Positions 7,255 through 15,468 of a DNA stretch of 17,908 nucleotides are shown here, one piece after another. A model generated the notes under the pieces. That model searched no databases. It was not told where the DNA came from and saw nothing but the letters and a program-made list of their open reading frames with translations. The first letter of the stretch is position 1. Each line of letters opens with the position of its first letter. The position numbers and the translations under genes are program-made. The stretch spans positions 1 to 17,908 of the forward strand of contig JBBCAV010000156.1 in the NCBI GenBank assembly GCA_051382305.1. The letters are read 5' to 3'. The stretch is from Bdellovibrionota bacterium FG-2. Its GTDB lineage: Bacteria; Bdellovibrionota; UBA1018.

Positions 7255-9768
7255 ATGAAAATTTCCTTTAATTGGCTTAGCGAATTGGTGGATATGTCGA
7301 CGCTCGGAGCGACTCCAGCCGTGCGTGCGGAAAAGCTTGGAGAGCTTTTGACGAAACGAGGACTTGAAGTAGAGTCTATCGAGCGACAGGACACCGGTTT
7401 TGATAACGTGGTGAGTGCTCAGATTCTAGAGCGAAACCCTCATCCTCAGGCGGATCGTTTGAGTTTGTGTAAAGTGAGTCTTGGGCAGGGCGATCCGCTG
7501 GAGATCGTCTGTGGGGCGCAAAATATGAAGGCCGGCGATAAAGTCGTCTTGGCTCAAATTGGCGCCAAACTCCCCAATGGTTTGAAGATTGAGTTGAGCA
7601 AGATTCGCGGCGTGGTTTCCAACGGAATGCTCTGCTCCGAAGAAGAGCTTGGTTTGAAAGAAAAAGCCGATGGCATTCTGATTTTGCCCGCCGAGACGGC
7701 GCTCGGCGTGCATCTAGCGAAGATTTTGGGTCGGGATGATACGACTTTGACTCTGAAACTGACGGCGAATCGCGCGGATTGTTTAGGACATTTTGGGATT
7801 GCGCGCGAGGTTGGTGCTGCGCTCGGAGTGAAGCCCAATCGAGTGCTCGCAGATAGTTTTGGCAAGGCTCAGGGGTTGGGAAAAGGGCCGATTCAAATTT
7901 CTCTGAATGCCGGTGAGAAAGCTCCCCAGTTTTTTGGCTGCACTATTGAGGGAGTGAAAATCGCACCCTCTCCCGTCTGGGTGGTGAAACGCCTTGAAGC
8001 CCTCGGGGCACGCACGATTAACAACGTGGTTGATGCGAGTAACCTGGTACTTTGGGAAACCGGTCACCCGGTCCATGCGTACGATGCGGATAAGATTCAA
8101 GGAGGCCAGCTTGGGGTGCGATTGGCGCACGCAGGAGATGATCTTCCACTCTTGGATGGTACCTCTGTGAAACTCACGGGTGAAGAGCTCGTTATTGCTG
8201 ATAGCAAGGATCTCGAGCGTGCGATCGGATTAGCGGGCGTCATGGGTGGTGGAAACTCAGAAGTATCTGATTCGACATCGCGAGTGTATCTGGAGTGTGC
8301 AGAGTTTGATCCTGTGCTGGTCAGGCGAGCTTCTTCGTGCCATTTGAAGAAGACGGAAGCCTCTCATCGTTTTGAACGCGGTGTAGATCCTCAAGGTCTC
8401 GGTGCAACGATGGAGCGGTTCGTTGAACTCGTGCTTGCTCTTGCGGGTGGACGAGTGGCTGCTGCAGAGATTGCCAAAGGGCCGAACGCTCAAAAGGGAT
8501 TACCTGAGATTCAATGTGATCCCCGGTATTTTGGGCAGTTTCTTGGGATGAAAGTGAGTTCCGAAGAGGCGCAGAGAATTTTTGAGGGGCTGGAGTGTCG
8601 GGTTGAGCATTTGCCTCAGGGCGGTTGGAAGGTCGTCCCGCCCTCGTATCGCCTGGATCTGAGAATCAAAGAGGATCTTGCTGAAGAAATCGCAAGAGCT
8701 TTGGGTTACGACAAGATCGAAGAGACGATTCCGCGGCTGAGTTCGGCTCCTCGTTCGATTGGTGTTTCGGTTTCTCGGCAGGGGTTTGAGCTGCAGGGGA
8801 TTGCCAAGGATCTTTTGGCAGCTCAGGGGCTTTGTGAATGCGTAAATTTTGCGTTTTGCGGCAAGAAGCGACTTGAAGAGTTCGGGCTTGAATCAAATGT
8901 GAAAGTGATCAATCCCTTGAGTGAGGATCATGAGTTCCTGGTCCCCTCGCTTATCCCCGGCTTAATTCACAGCGCCTTGGGCAACTGGAATCATCATTTC
9001 GGTTCTGAAGTTTTACCCATTCGATTGTTTGAGCTTCGTCCGACGTTTTCTCTCCTTCCTGGGCATGCGTCTGTAGCTTCCGATCAGGCCGGCAATGAAA
9101 CGGGAGTGCAAGCGAGCTGGAAGTTGGCGTTCCTTCTTGCGGGCTCTCGAACTTCGGGTGGTTTGCAGCAGGATCAGGGAGAGATTGATTTCTTCGACCT
9201 AAAAGCCGTGGTGGAGCGCTTATTTTTGGGGCTCGGAACCAAGGGGGTTCGGATTCACGCTCTGAGTGAGGGCTGGGGTGGGCTATCTCATCTTTTTCAT
9301 CCCGGTCAGGCGGCCGAGATTTTGATCGGAAAGGATCGAGCCGGGGTAATCGGGCTTCTACATCCCGCCAAGAATTTGGCGCTCAAAGCGCGTGGCGCCC
9401 TTTGGATTGGGGAGCTGGATTGGGCAGTGATCGCAAAACTCTCACGTCCAGTGACTGCGAACCCTGTATTTAAGGCTTGGCCGCAGTTTCCTACGATGGA
9501 GCGGGATTTTGCTTTGCTCGTGGGGGAATCGGTTACGGCTGATAAATTGACCCAGGTCGCCTTGAAGGCGGGGCGTCCTTTGGCAAAGGTTTCAAAGATA
9601 TTCGACATTTATCGTGGAAAACAGGTCGCTCAGGGGATGACAAGTGTCGCAGTTAGGGTTATCTTTTATGAAGAAACGCGCAGCCTTCAGGAATCAGAGG
9701 TTGAAGCGGCATCTGCCAAGATCCTAGAATCATGGAAAAAGGAGCTTGGGGTTCAGTTAAGAAGTTAA
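7255..9768 (+). CDS. pheT: Phenylalanine--tRNA ligase beta subunit
   Basis: True start is ATG 7255 (MKISFNWLSE), not 7213. Motifs HPQADRL, IVCGAQN, RGVVSNGMLCS..ELG, NRADCL, INNVVD, RFERGVD, PPSYRLDL..KEDLAEEIAR, and a C-terminal FDX-ACB domain (FP.MERDFA). Confidence 0.98.
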   Translation: MKISFNWLSELVDMSTLGATPAVRAEKLGELLTKRGLEVESIERQDTGFDNVVSAQILERNPHPQADRLSLCKVSLGQGDPLEIVCGAQNMKAGDKVVLAQIGAKLPNGLKIELSKIRGVVSNGMLCSEEELGLKEKADGILILPAETALGVHLAKILGRDDTTLTLKLTANRADCLGHFGIAREVGAALGVKPNRVLADSFGKAQGLGKGPIQISLNAGEKAPQFFGCTIEGVKIAPSPVWVVKRLEALGARTINNVVDASNLVLWETGHPVHAYDADKIQGGQLGVRLAHAGDDLPLLDGTSVKLTGEELVIADSKDLERAIGLAGVMGGGNSEVSDSTSRVYLECAEFDPVLVRRASSCHLKKTEASHRFERGVDPQGLGATMERFVELVLALAGGRVAAAEIAKGPNAQKGLPEIQCDPRYFGQFLGMKVSSEEAQRIFEGLECRVEHLPQGGWKVVPPSYRLDLRIKEDLAEEIARALGYDKIEETIPRLSSAPRSIGVSVSRQGFELQGIAKDLLAAQGLCECVNFAFCGKKRLEEFGLESNVKVINPLSEDHEFLVPSLIPGLIHSALGNWNHHFGSEVLPIRLFELRPTFSLLPGHASVASDQAGNETGVQASWKLAFLLAGSRTSGGLQQDQGEIDFFDLKAVVERLFLGLGTKGVRIHALSEGWGGLSHLFHPGQAAEILIGKDRAGVIGLLHPAKNLALKARGALWIGELDWAVIAKLSRPVTANPVFKAWPQFPTMERDFALLVGESVTADKLTQVALKAGRPLAKVSKIFDIYRGKQVAQGMTSVAVRVIFYEETRSLQESEVEAASAKILESWKKELGVQLRS

Positions 9769-9805
9769 GTTGCAGTGATGTCTTTTTAAGGAGGAGAAGA
9801 GAATC

Positions 9806-10168
9806 GTGGCGATGACGAAGGCAGATATCGTTGAGGCGCTTTACGAGAAGGTTGGATTTTCCAAGAAGGAAGCCGCTGATCTTGTAGAAATGGTTTTTGA
9901 CACCATCAAGGGCACATTGGCCCAGGGTCAGAAAATAAAAATCTCTGGTTTCGGAAATTTTGTGGTGCGCGAGAAGCGCCCAAGAGTTGGACGAAACCCA
10001 CAAACAGGTGAAAGCATTGAGATCAGCGCACGTCGGGTGCTGACCTTTAGGCCCTCTCAAGTTTTGCGTGCGGAAGTCAATGCAAGTCTTGAGGGCAAAC
10101 CCGTTCAGCCAGATTCGTTCCATCATGGAAAGAAAGATGACGACGATGATGATGGAGATGACGAATAA
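9806..10168 (+). CDS. ihfA: Integration host factor alpha subunit with acidic C-terminal extension
   Basis: MTKADIVE, KISGFGNF.VREKRPRVGRNPQTGE.I.ISARRVLTFRPSQ.L. Canonical position after pheT. SD AAGGAGG at 9788-9794. Start is GTG 9806 or ATG 9812. Confidence 0.96.
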   Translation: MAMTKADIVEALYEKVGFSKKEAADLVEMVFDTIKGTLAQGQKIKISGFGNFVVREKRPRVGRNPQTGESIEISARRVLTFRPSQVLRAEVNASLEGKPVQPDSFHHGKKDDDDDDGDDE

Positions 10169-10586
10169 AGTTCAGATTCCCGATCGGCTTTTTTTTCGGA
10201 TTGGGGATGTCGCTGAACTCTTAGGGATTAAACCCTACGTCTTGCGCTATTGGGAATCTGAGTTCCCGATAATTGCTCCGGAGAAATCTACCTCCGGACA
10301 GCGTGTATATCGAAGAACAGATGTCGAAACCGTATTGATGATTAAGCATCTTCTTTATGAAGAGCGCTATTCGATCGAGGGCGCGAAGAAGCGCATTCGC
10401 GAGCTGCGTAAAGAAGGGGCGCTGAAAAGCTTCAAGCAAGAGACCGTGAGTCAGCACCAGGACCTAGCTGTCGATGGAAATTCCAGCCCCATTGTTTCGA
10501 TGATTTGCGATCCTGAGATTTTGACGCTCGCACGCGACGTGCAGCATTTGGTGCAGCAGCCGATTTCAGAATTATTTCCGCTTTGA
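10158..10586 (+). CDS. MerR-family HTH regulator (the type conserved downstream of ihfA)
   Basis: IPDRLFFRIGDVAELLGIKPYVLRYWESEF..I.P.KS..GQRVYRR.DV..IKHLLYEE.YSIEGAK. Start is ambiguous among ATGs at 10125, 10137, 10146, 10149, 10152 and 10158, all inside ihfA. Confidence 0.92.
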   Translation: MTNKVQIPDRLFFRIGDVAELLGIKPYVLRYWESEFPIIAPEKSTSGQRVYRRTDVETVLMIKHLLYEERYSIEGAKKRIRELRKEGALKSFKQETVSQHQDLAVDGNSSPIVSMICDPEILTLARDVQHLVQQPISELFPL

Positions 10587-10595
10587 GATTAAGTT

Positions 10596-12047
10596 GTGTT
10601 TTTCGGATTTTTTTTTCTCAGTTTGATTTCGCATTTCTCAAGAGCCGATGACGTTCTTCCCTATACGAAGAGAACTCAAAGCTATGCGGGCTTCGCAAAC
10701 ACGGTTCGGGGGGATCTGCGCACCGTGGGAATGGCAGGTGCCATGGTCGGCTTGGCCGATAGTTACGTCGGGGTGATTGATAATCCCGCTGGCCTTGCGA
10801 TGACTGCCGATAGCAACGGTATTCAATTCTCAGGCAATGTTATCCAAGACGGCTTTGTTCAGCCTTATCTTGCAATGGTTTCTTCGAACAACTATTCGTT
10901 AATGGCGACGCCCTACCCTTGGGGGTTTGGTTTCTCATTGTGGTCGCCCCAAGAGGAAGCTGATCGGTTTCGATTCGGAAGTGTTGGAGGAGATCGAATT
11001 GATGTTTCGTTGAAGATCTGGGAATACCGCTGGGCAGTGGCCCGCACCTTCTGGGATAATCGGTTTTCTTTGGGCGGGGCTTTGGCTTTGAGCCAGGCTC
11101 GTGAGTCGATGGGCTTTCCGGAGGATACCGTGGTTAGCGGCGCGAGTGTTTTTACGAAGGACGTCTATGCTTTGGGTTTTACTTTGGGTGGGTTGGTTCA
11201 ACTGCCCAAGCGCGGACTGCTCGGAGTGAGTTATATTTCGCCGCTTCGCCAGTCATTTGAGGCGGCGGATCAGCCAGGGCGAGGGGTGGAGAATTTTTAT
11301 CAACCTGTTCAAACGCCCCAACGGTTGGCGTTTGGGGGGGCGTGGATTCCAAATCGCGTATTTAGAGCCTCAGCTGGAATGTATTTTATGGGGTCGATGG
11401 AGAACACGGCCCTCATGAGTGATGATAGTAAAACGGTCGGGGCCCGCTGGACGGCTCAGCCGCGGGTGGGTCTGGCCTATACGGCTGCGGATTTTAAGTA
11501 TTACAAGGCGTACCTTCATTTGGGGAGTTACTTTGAGAGTTCGCGTACTGCCGGGTACGGGGATCGGATGCACTTCACGGGCGCGGTAGATCTTAATTTG
11601 TGGTTCGTCAATTTAGGGTGGGGAGTCGATAAGGCTCGTGAATATCGCAACTTTATCTATACCGCTGGAATTGATATCGGGCGGTTCTTGCGCGCTTTTG
11701 ATCTGATTCCTCCCGAGAAACGGCCGCCGCAGGCCGGCTTCTTCCCTGACCCCTTCTATCTGTCGGACGCAGGGCTTCCTCGATCACTGGTAAAAGAGTG
11801 GAAACCTGGAGAACACAATCCCAACGTGATTGAGCTCGGCCTGCAGTTGCCGGGAAGACTTCAAGAAAAGTTTACAACTGCGCCTGCGGATGTGTGGCGA
11901 GTAGGGGGGGACGTGTTGAATGAGTTGGGGACTTTACCGGGTGAGTTCCGCGACCAGATGCGCCTGGTCCCTGGCGTGAATTTGATACCGGGTTTAGGGC
12001 CTGCACCGGTACTTTCAGCGCCCCCTTCAATGCCGGCTCAAAAGTGA
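10596..12047 (+). CDS. Outer-membrane beta-barrel of the FadL/OmpP1/PorV-like superfamily with long C-terminal extension
   Basis: Hydrophobic N-terminus ending SRA|DD. Plug motif RTVGMAGAMVGLAD.....DNPAGLA. Many alternating aromatic/Gly beta-strands (FSLGGAL, LGFTLGGLVQ, LAFGGAW, FRASAGMY, FIYTAGIDI). Confidence 0.75.
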   Translation: MFFGFFFLSLISHFSRADDVLPYTKRTQSYAGFANTVRGDLRTVGMAGAMVGLADSYVGVIDNPAGLAMTADSNGIQFSGNVIQDGFVQPYLAMVSSNNYSLMATPYPWGFGFSLWSPQEEADRFRFGSVGGDRIDVSLKIWEYRWAVARTFWDNRFSLGGALALSQARESMGFPEDTVVSGASVFTKDVYALGFTLGGLVQLPKRGLLGVSYISPLRQSFEAADQPGRGVENFYQPVQTPQRLAFGGAWIPNRVFRASAGMYFMGSMENTALMSDDSKTVGARWTAQPRVGLAYTAADFKYYKAYLHLGSYFESSRTAGYGDRMHFTGAVDLNLWFVNLGWGVDKAREYRNFIYTAGIDIGRFLRAFDLIPPEKRPPQAGFFPDPFYLSDAGLPRSLVKEWKPGEHNPNVIELGLQLPGRLQEKFTTAPADVWRVGGDVLNELGTLPGEFRDQMRLVPGVNLIPGLGPAPVLSAPPSMPAQK

Positions 12048-13018
12048 GCAGGCTTTTCGAGTTGCTTCATGATTCTTCGTGCAAGGTTTTCGCCTGTGAT
12101 TGTCTCCATCTGGGTGATTAGGCCCGGGCTGGTAAAATTGAAATCCGTGACCAGGCCTTCAATCAGATCAATCGCAGCAAGCCGGATTTTGTGGGATTTG
12201 AGAAATCTTGAAAGCAGTGGAACTGCTTTTTTTTCTCTTGCATTGAGCGTTGTTGCGGCTAGTCCACTGCCGCGATCAATATTGACTCTAAAATCGCCCT
12301 GAAGCGGAAGTTTTCTTGCGATCGCGATCAACTTTCCATCGAGGAACCAAAGTCGTTGTTCGCCCTCGGAAATGCCCGGTAAGTATTCCTGAAGCAAAAC
12401 GGGGCATGAAAAGTCCAGGGTAGCTTTTGATAGCTGTTCTTGGCATTCGTTTTCCGTGTCAGTCGTCCATTCTAGAAGAGCGACTCCCTTGCTCTGGGCT
12501 TGGTGGAGCGGCTTGAGAACGGTTTTTCCCAATCCGTGGCCAAATTCTCTTAGGAGTTCCCACTGCGAAGAAACACAGCTCTTGGGAAAAATTTCTTTCA
12601 GCGGTAGAGCAAAGATCTTCTCGGATTGAGAGAAAATGATTTTCGGTGGATTGACGATCTCTGTGCCACGCTTGACTCCGAGTGCAAGCAGTTGAAGTGG
12701 ATGCAGGTAGGCGAGGTCGACCGGGGGATCGGTGCGATATTGGATGCTAGAAAAAAAATCTGGAGAAATAGACTGAACCTCATCCATTTTAAAGGACTCT
12801 TTGGTCCGAGCGGGCTCAATGCCGAGAATCCGCTGAGCTTGAAGAAGGATTTGATTACCCGCGAGCCTAACCGTGCGGCCGTTGCACCAATAGTTTTCGT
12901 GTCCCAGGTGCAACGACTCTTGCGCAAGTCTCAGGGATGTGTCGCGGGGATGGTCCATGCGGTTCCATGGGTCCGTAACCCATAGGACGCGACAGGATTT
13001 TTTGCGCCTAGGTTTCAT
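12038..13018 (-). CDS. gshB: Glutathione synthetase-like ATP-grasp ligase (divergent)
   Basis: N-terminal V.DP......DTS, YRTDPPVD, IVNPP.....SEK, VLKPL, QEYLP.I.EG, FR.N and IDLI....DFNFTSP align with prokaryotic GshB. ATGA overlap with the upstream gene. Confidence 0.8.
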   Translation of the reverse strand: MKPRRKKSCRVLWVTDPWNRMDHPRDTSLRLAQESLHLGHENYWCNGRTVRLAGNQILLQAQRILGIEPARTKESFKMDEVQSISPDFFSSIQYRTDPPVDLAYLHPLQLLALGVKRGTEIVNPPKIIFSQSEKIFALPLKEIFPKSCVSSQWELLREFGHGLGKTVLKPLHQAQSKGVALLEWTTDTENECQEQLSKATLDFSCPVLLQEYLPGISEGEQRLWFLDGKLIAIARKLPLQGDFRVNIDRGSGLAATTLNAREKKAVPLLSRFLKSHKIRLAAIDLIEGLVTDFNFTSPGLITQMETITGENLARRIMKQLEKPAHF

Positions 13019-13851
13019 AGCTTATTTCTGACTTCCTTACCCACTGCAATCAGCTCATGAGCTTGTTCACCATAGATTTTGGACAAGCCTTCCATCGCAG
13101 CGTCGAGGCGTATGAGTGTCTGAGTTCTCGCATCCTCAGCCGTGAGATAGTGCAGAATGTGAATGGATGAGTCTTGAAGCTCCTTCAGAGGCGTGCTCAG
13201 AAGGTCTTCGAGATCGTCGGCGACTTGAAAAGCTTCGCCCAGAGCCGCGGAAAAAACAATGAGCGCCTGCCCCTGCGAGGAGGCGTCTTCGATTCCGGTA
13301 AAATCCTTTGGAATCAAGACGGAGGCAGAGAACAAGACTCCCGTTTTCTTCTGATGCATCAGGCGCAACCTGCTAAGCGGGGAGTCCGCATGGAGTAAAC
13401 TTTCCTGCGCTTGTCCCCCCATCACTCCGCGAGGACCTGCCACTTCTAGAAAACGACGCATTCCCTTCATAAAAGGCTCGTTTTTGACAAAAGAGTGAGC
13501 TTCGAGCAAGGTTTCTGCAGCGAGTGCCATGAGGGAGTCACCCGCAAGCAGTGCAATGGCTTCGCCAAAGACTTTGTGGTTCGAAGGTTTTCCTCTTCGA
13601 AAATCATCATCATCCATGCAGGGCAAATCGTCATGAATGAGTGTGAAGCAGTGAAACATTTCTATCGCCAGCGCAATGGGATTGGAGGCTTGCTCCGGTA
13701 GCCCCAGGAGCTTTGCTGAAGCATGAACCAGACGGGGCCGAATTCTTTTCCCGGGGGCCAAAAGACTGTACCTTATCGCTTGCGTGAGGTTTTGGGGCGA
13801 ATCGTTCAGAATCCTTTCGAGCTGATTTTCAAGAAGGTTTTCGAAGTCCAT
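13015..13851 (-). CDS. ispA: Short-chain polyprenyl diphosphate synthase (FPP/GGPP synthase family)
   Basis: GKRIRP, FARM LIHDDLPCMDDDDFRRG, A.LAGD.L, GGQ, KKTG and SARM FQVADDLED. The aromatic residue five positions before the FARM suggests a short-chain product. Confidence 0.88.
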   Translation of the reverse strand: MDFENLLENQLERILNDSPQNLTQAIRYSLLAPGKRIRPRLVHASAKLLGLPEQASNPIALAIEMFHCFTLIHDDLPCMDDDDFRRGKPSNHKVFGEAIALLAGDSLMALAAETLLEAHSFVKNEPFMKGMRRFLEVAGPRGVMGGQAQESLLHADSPLSRLRLMHQKKTGVLFSASVLIPKDFTGIEDASSQGQALIVFSAALGEAFQVADDLEDLLSTPLKELQDSSIHILHYLTAEDARTQTLIRLDAAMEGLSKIYGEQAHELIAVGKEVRNKL

Positions 13852-13855
13852 GGTC

Positions 13856-14860
13856 CTACTTAGCTGCGCCTGCTGTTACAGGAACGGGGTTGGGGGCCGT
13901 AAGAGGGCCTTGAAGGTCAAAAAGATAGCTGCCATCCGCTTGCTTTCCCGGGCCTAAGAATGCGTCGATGAGAACAAACGATTTTAACAGAGCGGCGGAG
14001 AGTTGAAGTTTTGTCCGTGCGTTGATCTGGGAGGCGTCCCAACGTTGGCCTAATGTTAAATCTCCCTCTATCGATAGTATGAGATCATCCGCGGGGTCCT
14101 TTTTTGAAGCATTACCAAGTCGCAGGGATTTGATCGCACCTTTTCCAAATGTGGATGAAAGTTGAATTCGGCCTTCCGAAGCTGAAACTTTCGGGACATT
14201 AAATCCGGCAATACTTTGAGCGCTCAATTCGAATTTCGAAAGATCAAGATCGGCTTCTGAAACAAAGGTAAATGGATTCTCAGGGTTGCCCGCAAAGGAG
14301 AGGGTTCCGCTGACGTTTAACCCGCCTTTGATCCCTGCAAGAAGGAGGAAGGCGCCGGTTTTTCCGAAGTCGATGTGTTTGAGTTTCAACCTTGCTTCAA
14401 GGTGCTCCCCCTTGGAACTAAAATCCCCACTGAGCGTCCCATCTTGCGCCTTGATGTAAATCGATCCGGCTATTTTCTTAAATAAAAGTGCGGTAAGTTT
14501 CGGTGAAATTTCAATTCGATCTATGAGGATGGGCTCGTCGGAGGAAGGGGGGGTGAGTCGGACGTCCTTCATCGTATAGGTGACCCCTAGGCCCAAAGAA
14601 ATCCAACTTTCTCCGGCGGTGAAGGCCACGCCTTTTTGGGCGAGCTGGGACGCAATATGTCCCTGGATGAGGTTTCTCGTCCGATCTTGCGGAAGTTTCC
14701 AGAAGGTAAAAATGATAAGACAAAAGAGGGTAAAGGCAACCCAGGCTGCTGGACGCAAATATCGCATCACCTTGTTGGCCTTTGTTTGCGGCGACGTGCT
14801 CTCGGTCAGGGAGGTTTCTGTGAGTGTCACCTGAGTTGAATGGGTGGAGTCAAGGTTCAT
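13856..14860 (-). CDS. gspN: Type II secretion system protein N (deltaproteobacterial type)
   Basis: Single N-terminal TM helix (AAWVAFTLFCLIIFTFWKLP), beta-rich periplasmic body, C-terminal L.GPL.AP. Follows gspK-L-M. ATGA overlap with gspM. Confidence 0.75.
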   Translation of the reverse strand: MNLDSTHSTQVTLTETSLTESTSPQTKANKVMRYLRPAAWVAFTLFCLIIFTFWKLPQDRTRNLIQGHIASQLAQKGVAFTAGESWISLGLGVTYTMKDVRLTPPSSDEPILIDRIEISPKLTALLFKKIAGSIYIKAQDGTLSGDFSSKGEHLEARLKLKHIDFGKTGAFLLLAGIKGGLNVSGTLSFAGNPENPFTFVSEADLDLSKFELSAQSIAGFNVPKVSASEGRIQLSSTFGKGAIKSLRLGNASKKDPADDLILSIEGDLTLGQRWDASQINARTKLQLSAALLKSFVLIDAFLGPGKQADGSYLFDLQGPLTAPNPVPVTAGAAK

Positions 14861-15468
14861 TTGTTCACCAAATTGAAGGCGGAAATTGCAAGTGTAGCGT
14901 CCATGTAACCCGCGGGGTCTGCCTTCGTGTCGATCTCCATGTGACGAATTTTAACGGGGCGCCCGCCTGATTCCAGCCCAAAAGCAAATCGCACAGTCTG
15001 TTTAATGGTGACATGTTTGATGCTCAGGTCAAAAAGCGATTCCTTAGAAAGGTCGTGGGGAGCTCCCGCTTTTTCGGGAGAGGAGCTCAGTGCGGTTTTT
15101 TCAATGCCGGCACCCGTAGCTAAGGATTCAAAATAGGGGGCCCAGGGGCCTGTGGATTTGGTTTCTGAGGACACTTGAGACGTGAGGTCTTTGAGTCGCT
15201 TAAGTTCGTCATTGGCGCTTTGTAGAATGGAGAGTAATTCAGTTTTCTCAACCACTTCGCTCTTGAGGCTATGCACACTCCAAATGAAACTTAAAGAGAC
15301 GAAGATCACGGTGACCGCGAAAATCCCCCCTAAGAGGAACTTTAGATAAGTCTTGCTTTGTGAATCTAGCTCTTCCCATTTTGATTTGAGCTGCTGAAAT
15401 GCTTCTTGCTCTGAAATGCGGTCTGAGATGGAAGAGAACCATTGTCTAACGCGTCCGCTATTTGCCAT
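14857..15468 (-). CDS. gspM: Type II secretion system protein M (GspM/PilO-like)
   Basis: True start is ATG at 15468 (MANSGRV) with SD CAGGAG at 15480-15475. W.ELD..SK motif precedes one TM helix, then coiled coil and a ferredoxin-like C-domain. Overlaps the gspL end by 11 nt. Confidence 0.75.
   Translation of the reverse strand: MANSGRVRQWFSSISDRISEQEAFQQLKSKWEELDSQSKTYLKFLLGGIFAVTVIFVSLSFIWSVHSLKSEVVEKTELLSILQSANDELKRLKDLTSQVSSETKSTGPWAPYFESLATGAGIEKTALSSSPEKAGAPHDLSKESLFDLSIKHVTIKQTVRFAFGLESGGRPVKIRHMEIDTKADPAGYMDATLAISAFNLVNK

Noticed and set aside
10068-10124. ORF-track long N-terminus of the MerR protein
   Set aside because: It overlaps the IHF coding region by about 100 nt with no SD. 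MerR homology starts only at IPDRLFF.
10587-10595. tRNA-Pro often found after ihfA-merR
   Set aside because: The gap is only 9 nt, and I saw no cloverleaf or T-loop/CCA pattern in any intergenic region.
11334-14553. G7 runs at 11334-11340, 11904-11910 and near 14550, and A8 near 12751
   Set aside because: All lie within intact reading frames and are short. No sign of frameshift.
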